DNA of 64,000 bases from a virus, in IMG/VR virus record IMGVR_UViG_3300049893_002454, positions 32,001 to 96,000 of that record; one strand, 5' to 3'. Below the pieces are notes generated by a model. That model did not search any database. It worked only from the letters and a program-made list of their open reading frames with translations, and was not told the origin of the DNA. Positions 29,560 to 38,924 of the stretch are shown here, one piece after another (position 1 is the first letter of the stretch; each line of letters opens with the position of its first letter). The translations under genes were made by a program, and so were the position numbers.

Positions 29560-30594
29560 ATGGCGAACAACGATGCTACTGAGCAAAATCGTCTTAGAGG
29601 CGAATTATATAATAGATATAATCGAGGTATCAATAATATAAAGCAAGATATCTCTGACGGGTATCATGATCATAGATTCATATCTAGATTTATAGGCAAG
29701 TACCACACATATAGCGATAGAGGACTCTGTTTCTCAGAGGGTTTGGGCCGTATGACATGGGGTCATGTGATCGGCTTCTTTGCAAATAAAACTCAATATG
29801 CTTGGTCTAGAGAGATGGAGGGGAGCAGAAGCAAGTACGAATCTAGGGTTGGCAATATTTTAGCAAATAATATTAAAGCCTTGAAAAGCGCTGATATAAC
29901 TGATATATTTGAGTTATTCTTGTATCTATATGCTCATAACGATACTAATCTTTTGTCATTTGCGCAAACACATATAGCTTTGAGTAGAAATTTAGAGGAG
30001 TGTTACGGCGTCAGTCATAATATAGTGGCGCCTGACGGAACCAGCATTATACCAGAGGAGGGTTATTCTGCTGATGAGATAGCAACTATATGCAAGGCGC
30101 TTCGTTCTGACGCTAGAGGGCGTTATAAAAATATTTATAGCGCCACTGTATTATCGCCAACAGACGGGACGGGGACTTTTCCAATTCCCGCAGTTGGTTA
30201 TTCTATAGTTCCACTCATTGGTGTTGATGGATCTGCGATATTCTTACCCTGGAAAAAAGATAGATGTATACTATTAGAGTGTCATAAGGATAGCCTGCCC
30301 GAAGATCACAAGCCGCATATATACCGAAGGCCTATAGATCCAAAAGACCTGTTTCCATATATATTATCTGATGAATGTAATATCTACAATCCAGATGATT
30401 ACGATTTTGTGCGCACCACATTGTATTATCGTACTGAAGAAAATTGCATAATGTGTTGGTTCTCCAGTAAAGCATTATTAGACATTAGTAAGCAGTGTTT
30501 TACCCGACGTATAATCAATTGGTGGAAGTACCAGAAATTTAAATTCCGAGCAAGAATTAATAGATGTAGGCTTGCACGCATAGGTCTTGAGTGA
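29560..30594 (+). CDS. hypothetical protein
   Basis: 344-aa ORF with GAGGT RBS; no motif recognised. Confidence 0.7.
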   Translation: MANNDATEQNRLRGELYNRYNRGINNIKQDISDGYHDHRFISRFIGKYHTYSDRGLCFSEGLGRMTWGHVIGFFANKTQYAWSREMEGSRSKYESRVGNILANNIKALKSADITDIFELFLYLYAHNDTNLLSFAQTHIALSRNLEECYGVSHNIVAPDGTSIIPEEGYSADEIATICKALRSDARGRYKNIYSATVLSPTDGTGTFPIPAVGYSIVPLIGVDGSAIFLPWKKDRCILLECHKDSLPEDHKPHIYRRPIDPKDLFPYILSDECNIYNPDDYDFVRTTLYYRTEENCIMCWFSSKALLDISKQCFTRRIINWWKYQKFKFRARINRCRLARIGLE

Positions 30595-30765
30595 ACTTTA
30601 CTACAATAGCTACGGAGCGTACCAATAAGATTACAGCGCTACACCTTAATATACTACATGGCAAGCTGAGCTATCTAATCCCACTATCTCCATATACTGT
30701 ATATAAATAATATACGGATTTTTCTATATCCGGAAGCAATAGCCATTGCCCTGGTAGTAGAATAT

Positions 30766-31206
30766 ATGGAGATTTGTATGGCATCTAAAAGTGACCCGAT
30801 ACAGTTTAAATATCGCGAAATGAGCCTCGAGCCATCGCTATTGGGCAATTTCTGCGAATCTGATGGGCTTTACAGTACTGACTATCAAAAAACCGATGAA
30901 TTATTAGATCTTGTGGATGAGTTGAATGAACGGATCCGCGAGATTATAACCGTTCGTCTAACTGACCGGCAGCGGGAAGTAATGGAGCTGCTATATTATC
31001 ATGGACTCACACAGACCGAAGTCGCACTTAGACTTGGGTTGTGTCAGCCTACCATACACAAGACCACATCTGGCAACCTTGACTATAAAAATGGTGGTAA
31101 GAGATATGGCGGGGCACTGAAGAAGATTAAAAAAATCTGTGATGAGGATGAACGTATTAGCTTTATTATGAAACGTATAACCGAAATTAAGACAGGAAGT
31201 ATATGA
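30766..31206 (+). CDS. sigma-70 region-4-like HTH protein
   Basis: LTDRQREVMELLYYHGLTQTEVALRLGLCQPTIHK...ALKKIK; no region 2; likely start ATG 30778. Confidence 0.8.
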   Translation: MEICMASKSDPIQFKYREMSLEPSLLGNFCESDGLYSTDYQKTDELLDLVDELNERIREIITVRLTDRQREVMELLYYHGLTQTEVALRLGLCQPTIHKTTSGNLDYKNGGKRYGGALKKIKKICDEDERISFIMKRITEIKTGSI

Positions 31207-31346
31207 AGAAGACTGGGATTACTGTTAAGGTATATGAGCGCACCAAGCAAGTTGCAGAGGATGGTTTTAGTCAGGCTAGAGTAGTATTGTGTTGTCAGGG
31301 TAAGGCTCATACCCATGGCGGTTTAGGATGGAAGTATTTGACCTAA
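31203..31346 (+). CDS. 47-aa stand-alone NUMOD1-like DNA-binding motif protein
   Basis: Translated by eye: MKKTGITVKVYERTKQVAEDGFSQARVVLCCQGKAHTHGGLGWKYLT; ATGA-coupled to the upstream gene; below the track cutoff. Confidence 0.6.
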   Translation: MKKTGITVKVYERTKQVAEDGFSQARVVLCCQGKAHTHGGLGWKYLT

Positions 31347-31356
31347 GGAGTATTGT

Positions 31357-31947
31357 ATGAAATATACAGAAGAAAGCATTAGTTTAGAACTAGAGAAACT
31401 AAATAAAGAAATGCATTCACTTAATAGTGAAATTGAAAAAATGCGATACACAAGTCTACCATCCGAGGTTGAGCCTGGTACTTGGTATAAAATAAAGTTA
31501 CCAGAAGGGGAGTTTCTACGAAGAGCTGGGGAACATTTGCAACAATATGCTGAGCTAAAGCGCGACAGGAGAGCCCTAGAGTATATGCTCAGAGAGTTGC
31601 GTGATGAGGAGAAGAGGCGTAAAAATATAGTCCCCAAGGAAAAGAATTCAGATGACTATAGCTTTAATCTAGATTTCGAATCACTCGCATCCCGCAGAGC
31701 TGCCCGTTTGTTAAAAATTGCCGCTTGTGCGTGTGATGAAATGGGCGCTGAAGATCACGAAGATGAAGATTATATGTCTCATCAGAACGCGACCGCTATA
31801 CTAGAGCAAGCGATTTTTATTGCAAAAACAATATCTGAACATACCGGAGAGGGCCATAAGTTGGATGACTGGTTGGAAGATAAGATTTCCAAGGTGGCCG
31901 ACGACATGGATGAAATTTTTAAGTACTTAAAGCATGGTAAAGATTAA
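31357..31947 (+). CDS. hypothetical protein (probable head-module protein)
   Basis: AAGGAG RBS; contains RRAARLLKIAA, similar to scaffold segments. Confidence 0.75.
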   Translation: MKYTEESISLELEKLNKEMHSLNSEIEKMRYTSLPSEVEPGTWYKIKLPEGEFLRRAGEHLQQYAELKRDRRALEYMLRELRDEEKRRKNIVPKEKNSDDYSFNLDFESLASRRAARLLKIAACACDEMGAEDHEDEDYMSHQNATAILEQAIFIAKTISEHTGEGHKLDDWLEDKISKVADDMDEIFKYLKHGKD

Positions 31948-32022
31948 TTGTACGAACTGATAATATTAAGTATCTATCAATAACCAACTAGATACTTTGA
32001 TCTTATTCTATTTGGAGGACGG

Positions 32023-32523
32023 ATGTCTACTGATTTTGATTGGGCTCATCTCATCAATGTTATTGAGCCGAAGCGTGACACTCAGTGCCTTGCTTGGGAA
32101 GACGTGCGAAGTAATTTCCGCAAGATAGCCTGGGACGTATACAAGCCTCTAGATGGCTCGGAACAATTATGGGAACTGCGCGATGGCGACGATGGTAGAA
32201 AGTATTTGTACGCCATGTATCAAAGTGCGCCAGAAAAGCCCGCCGAGAGCAATATAATTGAAGAGATCAGAACAACGGCCTCCGCTGACTGGACCGCTAC
32301 TTGTGATCGAGATCGTAAAAATATAACCCTAAGTTTTAAAGGGTTTCCGCTCAAGCGCTTTGCATCTACAGAGTTTAAGTTTGAACCAGATGAAGCTGAG
32401 CAATTTGCTGCTTTTTTACAAGCGAAGACCGCACAACCAGAATTTGTGCGACAAGTGCTAAAGGGACTACCGTTACATATGGCAGAGGTTGTCTCTGAGC
32501 TAAAGACACATAGCGAGGAATAA
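32023..32523 (+). CDS. hypothetical protein
   Basis: GGAGG RBS; 166 aa. Confidence 0.8.
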   Translation: MSTDFDWAHLINVIEPKRDTQCLAWEDVRSNFRKIAWDVYKPLDGSEQLWELRDGDDGRKYLYAMYQSAPEKPAESNIIEEIRTTASADWTATCDRDRKNITLSFKGFPLKRFASTEFKFEPDEAEQFAAFLQAKTAQPEFVRQVLKGLPLHMAEVVSELKTHSEE

Positions 32524-32524
32524 T

Positions 32525-34069
32525 ATGTCTCAAAAAGTAGATTTGGCACAGTTGCTCAGTCTGACAAATCAGGTTCTGACTGGGAAGGAATATTTTGTTT
32601 CGACCGTATTAGGGCGTCTAGATGATGCGGCAACTGTTATGCCACATGATGCAGCCATTCGCACGGCCCAGTTAGCACTTAAGCGCAGGCTGGAGAAAGA
32701 AGGCAGCCTAAGCACAATTACTCAAAAACAATTTCAATCATTATATGATGATGTGTGTGCTCTAGGCAATCGCACTGCCTTTCGAGAATTATTAGGAGAC
32801 TTGCTGGTCACTGCAGCTCCTGAGCCCACCGCTCACTATAACCCAGATTTCACCGCCTCTCACAGAGATTCCGATGATGTCCTCAAACTCGCTGATGATA
32901 ATTTGGTCGGAGAATTCTCTGTATTGTGGGGCAATACTAAGGTGGCCGGTGACCGAGTAGTCCAAAATGGTGCTGATAGTTTAAAGATACACTTCGCTTC
33001 TTTGGGTTTCAGTAATCCCACCGCAGAAGTAGTCGATCGTGCTGACGGATTTCTTATGTTCTCCGTTCAGGCCGACAGTCCAATAGGCAGATTTACTACT
33101 TATGTTCCAGTGGAAGTAAATAGCGGTTCGGCGCTTATGCCTAGCGTATTTGCTTCTAGTAGCGGATTTTCTGAATTAACTAAGGATAATCTTCTTACTT
33201 ATGCTCGTGACTTACATTCCGGCTCTACTCGACTAGCTTCTCCCCAAAAGTTATTAGCTGGGTTGGTAGCTGTCGCTGCCGAATCGAGGCCAGTGTTAGC
33301 AGTTAAGACCGCAAGCGGAGATGATATTGCCTTAGCCAGCCCAACACTCTATCAGACGGTCTCTGATCATGTAGTAGCTGAAGAGGAAGAGCGCTATACA
33401 GAATTCCCAGATCAATTAACTGGTATGGTAACCCCAGAGTTGCGTGATGCCATTATAGAAGCAGGTCTTACATACAGCAAGGATATTGTTATTACGGCCA
33501 AGACAATTGTTTCAGACAGTATCCGTAGTGCTGGTCTGATTATAGATCGCTTAGCTATTGACTCTGAGTTTGATGGCGGGCTGGTCGTAGCAGCTTCAAT
33601 TACCGGCCCTGGTGGCAAGAAAACCATTCAGGTTCCAATTGAAGTAGTCGGCAGTCAAGTGCTTATGCCTAGCGTATTTACTTCAGGTATAGCAGTTGAG
33701 GCCTTTGATGTTTCTTCATTAAAGAAATTTGCAGCTGCAACTGATGTAGGCGTATTCAATGCTGCGTTTTCTACAAAGTCCGGATGGTCGTATAAAGACC
33801 TATACTCCCATGTTATCAAAAGTGCTGCATATGGAAACTTCGTTGAGGCAGAAGATGCTATGTCCGTTATAGCTGAGCAATATGGCCCAGATTTTCATAG
33901 AGCAGTTTTCACAGATTTATCAGACATACTGAGCAATGCTGCCAGCTCTGGCGAGAGCACTGCAACTCCGATTGAGCAGATGATCGCCGAAGCCGGTGAG
34001 CGTGCGCGTAATATCGAAGATCGCATAAAGATGAGCAGCACGCTTATGTATCTTATTCCAGAAGATTGA
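32525..34069 (+). CDS. hypothetical virion-module protein with a duplicated internal domain
   Basis: VPVEV...LMPSVF occurs twice, 176 aa apart. Confidence 0.8.
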   Translation: MSQKVDLAQLLSLTNQVLTGKEYFVSTVLGRLDDAATVMPHDAAIRTAQLALKRRLEKEGSLSTITQKQFQSLYDDVCALGNRTAFRELLGDLLVTAAPEPTAHYNPDFTASHRDSDDVLKLADDNLVGEFSVLWGNTKVAGDRVVQNGADSLKIHFASLGFSNPTAEVVDRADGFLMFSVQADSPIGRFTTYVPVEVNSGSALMPSVFASSSGFSELTKDNLLTYARDLHSGSTRLASPQKLLAGLVAVAAESRPVLAVKTASGDDIALASPTLYQTVSDHVVAEEEERYTEFPDQLTGMVTPELRDAIIEAGLTYSKDIVITAKTIVSDSIRSAGLIIDRLAIDSEFDGGLVVAASITGPGGKKTIQVPIEVVGSQVLMPSVFTSGIAVEAFDVSSLKKFAAATDVGVFNAAFSTKSGWSYKDLYSHVIKSAAYGNFVEAEDAMSVIAEQYGPDFHRAVFTDLSDILSNAASSGESTATPIEQMIAEAGERARNIEDRIKMSSTLMYLIPED

Positions 34070-35352
34070 GGTGGTTAATGCTTGATTTTTTATCTAAGAC
34101 TGCGGGTATTTTAAATGAAATTGACAGCCCTGCAGCAAAGCAGGCTGCTGCTGCTCTTGAAAGTGTGCTTATGGCACACGCAGCTCGCCGTACTACGGTA
34201 ATGACTCATGAAGAAGTAGTTGAGTTTAACACTAAATTAAAGCAGTTCTTGGATGATACGCTTGGTAGCGGCAAGATTCCGCGTGGGTTAAAATGGCGAT
34301 TACTGCAGTTGCAGGACGGTCAGACCCAGTTAACCAAACAATTGGCTAATATGGAGAAGCGTAGGGGCAAGGGTCCACAGCCACTTATGCCAGCAGAGCC
34401 TCCTGGTAAACACACTTCAGTTGAGATGCCTGGCGAGATAATGCTGCAAGATGAAGTCGCGCCTACAGAGGCCCCAGTTGAAGCAGAGCAATCTTGGGCT
34501 GATATTGCCGAAGAAGGCCTGCGTGAAATGCAACAACGAGCTCCGACAGTTGCTCCCGCAGCAGTGCCGGAATTAGCACGTAAGCCATTAGAAGTTATGG
34601 AGAAGTCTCCACCTGTAGCCACTGAATCTCCTATGGTGACCGAAGATGCACAGAAAGATGTCCCTGCTCCAGCGTCATTTAAAATGCACAAGCAGCCGGC
34701 AGTTAAGGTTTTATCACCAGAGCAGATTAAGGATCTTGCTACCAATCCACCATCGGCTCCTAGCAAATATGCTCCTAAGGGCACCAAGGCTGAGCCGCCC
34801 AAAGCTTCAGGCACTCATGCAGAGACATGGGATGATAAACTCAAGCGCTGGGTTGGCCTTAGCAATCGAGCCGAGTTATTAACTGATATGGTTAAAATAG
34901 CTGATAAATTAGATGCTGCTGGTTATGTCGAAGCAGCTAATATTGTAGAAAAAATTATTGTAGAGGCCGCTGAACAATATCCGTCCCCTAGCGAAGCACG
35001 TAAAGATCTCTATGATTTCAGTGCGCACAATAAAGAAACTATGCACGGGGCTGTGAAATCAGAAGTGGAAGAGAACCGCAAGAATCATCATCTGCACACT
35101 CATCAGGGCACAGCTGTGTCACAAACACGGTATTCTCCTGATATGCCCGGCGTTATGATGCAGCGAGTCTCAGATGGAGTTTATAGAGATACTGTGACCG
35201 GTAAGGTCTATGATTTTCATCATGGATTTACTGATGCTAGTGGGACCAGCCGTTCAGGTGGCAGTATTAAACATCAGACTCCAAGCTTTTCTCAATATGC
35301 TCCGCCATCACGTGTTTTCGAGGGTGCTGGAACATTATCCAGAAGAAAGTAA
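34066..35352 (+). CDS. hypothetical Pro/Ala-rich virion-module protein
   Basis: Likely ATG 34078 after GAGG; contains MVKIADKLDAAGYVEAANIVE. Confidence 0.8.
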   Translation: MRWLMLDFLSKTAGILNEIDSPAAKQAAAALESVLMAHAARRTTVMTHEEVVEFNTKLKQFLDDTLGSGKIPRGLKWRLLQLQDGQTQLTKQLANMEKRRGKGPQPLMPAEPPGKHTSVEMPGEIMLQDEVAPTEAPVEAEQSWADIAEEGLREMQQRAPTVAPAAVPELARKPLEVMEKSPPVATESPMVTEDAQKDVPAPASFKMHKQPAVKVLSPEQIKDLATNPPSAPSKYAPKGTKAEPPKASGTHAETWDDKLKRWVGLSNRAELLTDMVKIADKLDAAGYVEAANIVEKIIVEAAEQYPSPSEARKDLYDFSAHNKETMHGAVKSEVEENRKNHHLHTHQGTAVSQTRYSPDMPGVMMQRVSDGVYRDTVTGKVYDFHHGFTDASGTSRSGGSIKHQTPSFSQYAPPSRVFEGAGTLSRRK

Positions 35353-35369
35353 TGCATCTGCGCATCTGT

Positions 35370-35413
35370 GAGGGGCGAGCTGTACATATAGGCAGCAGCC
35401 CCTCTATTTTTTT
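35370..35413 (+). terminator. probable rho-independent terminator
   Basis: GAGGGGC...GCCCCTC stem with inner GCTG/CAGC pairing, followed by TA and a run of Ts. Confidence 0.6.
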
Positions 35414-35434
35414 TGGAGATATTTGGAGTAGAAA

Positions 35435-36142
35435 ATGGCACCACAAAATAAAGTATTGCAGCACCCTCTTAAGGAAGAAATAATTTCTCAGTTAGTTAAT
35501 GGAACTCCTGTTCGCGATGTCGCTGACTTTCTACGCCTCAAGTATCCTGAAGAAGAGAATTCTCACCTACGGGTAAGTTTCTCTACTATTCAGAATTTTA
35601 AGAAAACCTACCTTGATATAGATGGCCAGATTGCTCGAGATGTACGAGCTGCGGCTACAGAAGCGATTTCAGCTCGTAGAGTGGACGAGGGTCGGGAAAG
35701 TGTTGCATCTACATCTGCCTATCAAAGAAAAATAAATGAAATAGTTGATGGCAAACTAGACGTACAGAAAGAGATTTTAAAAGCATTCTCTCTCCTAGAA
35801 TCACGCATTGAGCACTTTTATAACTTATTATCAAACTATGAATTTCCCAACTCCCGTGAAGAACGTGTATTTCAGGGATATATAGATCAATTAATTAAGC
35901 TGCTGGAAAGCTACAAGAAATATGTTGAAGGTTATTCTGAGTCAGTAGATCATAATGTCAATATCAATATTATGAATGATCAGATTGAATTAGTCCGTGA
36001 TGCTGTGAGGCAATCGCTGGAAGATGTCTCTCCAGATCTAGCTATACGCTTTATGGATAACTTAAATAGGAATATGAAAACATTAGAGTATAGTGCTTCA
36101 GGACATGTAGTAGGAGAGGCGGTGATTAGTGGCCGACATTGA
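35435..36142 (+). CDS. hypothetical protein, weak candidate for terminase small subunit
   Basis: N-terminal HTH-like segment followed by coiled coil, in the head cluster upstream of TerL; function is inference only. Confidence 0.4.
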   Translation: MAPQNKVLQHPLKEEIISQLVNGTPVRDVADFLRLKYPEEENSHLRVSFSTIQNFKKTYLDIDGQIARDVRAAATEAISARRVDEGRESVASTSAYQRKINEIVDGKLDVQKEILKAFSLLESRIEHFYNLLSNYEFPNSREERVFQGYIDQLIKLLESYKKYVEGYSESVDHNVNINIMNDQIELVRDAVRQSLEDVSPDLAIRFMDNLNRNMKTLEYSASGHVVGEAVISGRH

Positions 36143-37691
36143 TTATGATAACGAAATCGAATTAGCCCTGACCTATGGTCTAATTAATGACTATGCTGCA
36201 GAAAAATTAGCTAATATAGCTAAGCAAGGTATGACTGAGTCTTTGTGGCAAAGTACGCTAGAGAATTATAGAGAGGCCACAAGTGCGGGGGTAGGTAGCG
36301 ACAAAGATTTCACTATATTTTTCTATATCGATCTATTTGCTGATGACCTACTTAAGAAATTCTTCGGTGTATCATTATCGCAATTAGAAAAGGACGACTT
36401 TAAGCGATATTTATTTGAACACAGAGATGAATTAAATCTGACGAGCATAGAATCATTCAAGAATGCTGTTAATGAGTGGATTGGCAAGAATGAATCAGTA
36501 CACAAGCTAGCCCACCGTAATACAGAATCACGAATCCCTTTAGCACCATCATATGACCTAAATAAATGGGCTACTTTATTTGTGCAAATACAAAATTCAA
36601 TACGTACTGGACTAGATCAAAGCATTGCTCTAGATCGAGTATCGTCAGTATTATCAGTTCCAGAAAAATATAAATTCTTAATATGGGCAAACTATCATTT
36701 GAAAAATGATAATAACAAATACGATGTCAATGGTCAGATTCGCGCTAAAGAGCAGCAACTGCGTAGAGAGGTACCTATGAAGAATAAAATAGCATCGGAT
36801 GGACAATATTATTATATTCCGAAATTACTAGGCAGACAAGAACCTCAGCACGAGTCTCTACCAGCATTACCAGCATTCGATTATGAACACGAAGAGCAAT
36901 ATGCCATAGATTTTGAAACCGCTCGTAATAAGCTTATGAGCAGAGTATTTGCTATAGATAAATTGCTTGAAAAGTATAGAAGGGTAATCAAGCAAGAGCA
37001 AATGGATGCTGTTGAAGATGCCTTGTCTGAATTACGTAGGCGCATCAGAAAGCTGCGTCTAGCTAGTTCAGTGAAGGATTCGATTATTAAAACAGCTAAT
37101 ATACTTGAGAAATTGCAGTTTGGCGATGGTGCGGCCGAGCTATTTGCGATAGCTGCTGATGAGCCAGTACTTCCCAATATCGGCAATACCAAAATGGTTG
37201 ATCGTGAATTTAAAACTGTCCCTGCGGAACAGCGTGAGGTTGCACTGGATGATGCCATCAAACGCCTTACTGATATAAGTGCTATCCTAAAGAATCGCGA
37301 TCTAGTTCGCTCATTGGCCGAAATAGATCTGATGCTACATAAATTGCGTATGGCTAGCTTTTTTCCAGAAATACAAGAAGCACAATCTAAGCTAATCGAC
37401 GCATTCGGCTATGCTAGCAATAAAGTGGAGGACCTGTTGCCCAAGCTTCGCGGCGGACTGCATACCCAACCAGAGGTAATTTCAGAGCAGATACCCGAAG
37501 CACCACCAGCTTTACCTGCAAGCAAGCAGTTGGGAGATGAAGTACGTGAGATGTCTGCTGGTTTAGGCAGTCAACGAGCTCAGAAGCCCGAACCAAAAAA
37601 GCAACCTGAACCAGAACCGGTCAAAGAACAAGACGACGAGGGGTTTGAAGATGAGCCTATCAATTTAAAGTCAATCCCGGCATTAGAGTGA
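36129..37691 (+). CDS. hypothetical virion-module protein
   Basis: 520 aa, GTG start overlapping the previous gene; several K-x-A motifs. Confidence 0.8.
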   Translation: MADIDYDNEIELALTYGLINDYAAEKLANIAKQGMTESLWQSTLENYREATSAGVGSDKDFTIFFYIDLFADDLLKKFFGVSLSQLEKDDFKRYLFEHRDELNLTSIESFKNAVNEWIGKNESVHKLAHRNTESRIPLAPSYDLNKWATLFVQIQNSIRTGLDQSIALDRVSSVLSVPEKYKFLIWANYHLKNDNNKYDVNGQIRAKEQQLRREVPMKNKIASDGQYYYIPKLLGRQEPQHESLPALPAFDYEHEEQYAIDFETARNKLMSRVFAIDKLLEKYRRVIKQEQMDAVEDALSELRRRIRKLRLASSVKDSIIKTANILEKLQFGDGAAELFAIAADEPVLPNIGNTKMVDREFKTVPAEQREVALDDAIKRLTDISAILKNRDLVRSLAEIDLMLHKLRMASFFPEIQEAQSKLIDAFGYASNKVEDLLPKLRGGLHTQPEVISEQIPEAPPALPASKQLGDEVREMSAGLGSQRAQKPEPKKQPEPEPVKEQDDEGFEDEPINLKSIPALE

Positions 37692-37698
37692 GCACTTA

Positions 37699-38451
37699 AT
37701 GGATCTCAAAGAATTATTAAATTTAATCTCCGAAGTGGCAGACACTCATGGAATCAGAGCTCCTCACATCGTTGGAGGTATTCCCCGAGATATCTATATG
37801 GGCTTACTCGAGGACTTAAATGACATCGATCTGACTAATGGAGATAGCAGCATTTCTCGTTTGGCCGATCTGATAGGGGAGCGATTAGGAGTATCGCCTG
37901 CAACTCTTGCAGATGGACATAAAAAGATTAGATATGGTAGATTCTCTATAGATTTTTCTACAAATCAGATATACGATAATATTGACCAGTTGCTTATTGC
38001 TAGAGGTATGACTGTCGCAAACGATATGGTACGAGAAACCTTCTCGCGTGATTTTACAATAAATACCCTAATGGTGCCTTTAGATTTCTCTAAGATAGTC
38101 GACCTTACATCTATGGGAAAGTATGATATAGATCATAAAGTAATTAGGTGTCCTGTTGATCCACTTACTGCCATGACCTCGTCACCAAATCGTATAATTA
38201 GAGCATTTTATTATGCCGCTAGATATCGTATGTCAATAGATGACGACCTTAAGAAAGTTATAAAAACAAACCTTCATCTATTAGAGCAGGTAAAGGAGAA
38301 ATACTCCTCTGATAAGTTGGCGGCTGCTATAAAGCATGATGCTAATATACTCAATGATCTTATTGAGTTGGGCGTGCTACAGAAGATTAAATTAACCAAG
38401 GAGATGACTGAGCAGCTTATTCAAAAGCGCCGTTTGGTCGATATATTATGA
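37699..38451 (+). CDS. class II tRNA nucleotidyltransferase / poly(A) polymerase family protein
   Basis: IVGGIPRD, DIDL, RDFTIN, DL..G..DI, P.RIIRAFYYAAR; short (250 aa), no HD domain. Confidence 0.88.
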   Translation: MDLKELLNLISEVADTHGIRAPHIVGGIPRDIYMGLLEDLNDIDLTNGDSSISRLADLIGERLGVSPATLADGHKKIRYGRFSIDFSTNQIYDNIDQLLIARGMTVANDMVRETFSRDFTINTLMVPLDFSKIVDLTSMGKYDIDHKVIRCPVDPLTAMTSSPNRIIRAFYYAARYRMSIDDDLKKVIKTNLHLLEQVKEKYSSDKLAAAIKHDANILNDLIELGVLQKIKLTKEMTEQLIQKRRLVDIL

Positions 38452-38924
38452 GTATAATTATAGCATCTCTGGTGCACTTATCTACATTGATACGAAACAT
38501 GGGACAGGCCTTAGAAATGCCAGAAATTTATTCTATGGGCAATGAGATACTCGATCTTAGCACATTTCCAGAAAAAACCATACTAGAACATATGGCTAAT
38601 AACACTGTACGATACAAGATGGCATCCAAAGTCCCTCAACCACTTAGATCTAACTATGATTATGGAGAGCTTTGGCCAAAAGTGTTAGATGATTATCGTA
38701 GTGGCAAAATTCATACTATAGTAGACTATATACGAAAAAAGAAGAAAGCAGGAAATCGCAAAAAGAAGAAAGCAACTTACATGCCTCTACTAGACTCCTG
38801 TGGTGGTTCACAGGCTGATCCCGCCTATTGGATAGAATTACTACATAGTAAGCCATCACCTACAATAGTTGATTTCATAAGTTATGTGAAGGGAAGTGTG
38901 CGTGATAGCGGAGATGATGTATGA
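38448..38924 (+). CDS. hypothetical protein
   Basis: Coupled ORF; internal TIVDYI/TIVDFI repeat and a Lys-rich run. Confidence 0.7.
   Translation: MSIIIASLVHLSTLIRNMGQALEMPEIYSMGNEILDLSTFPEKTILEHMANNTVRYKMASKVPQPLRSNYDYGELWPKVLDDYRSGKIHTIVDYIRKKKKAGNRKKKKATYMPLLDSCGGSQADPAYWIELLHSKPSPTIVDFISYVKGSVRDSGDDV

Noticed and set aside
29500-29560. tRNA suggested by GGTTCAAAT (T-loop-like)
   Set aside because: Flanks do not pair into a T-stem and no cloverleaf can be drawn
30591-30710. 39-aa ORF (MNFTTIATER...) coupled to the 344-aa gene
   Set aside because: Weak RBS and no motif; cannot be distinguished from chance
31947-32022. Phage late-promoter consensus (TAATA-like) before the structural block
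   Set aside because: TAATA-like words are too frequent in this AT-rich sequence to define a motif by eye
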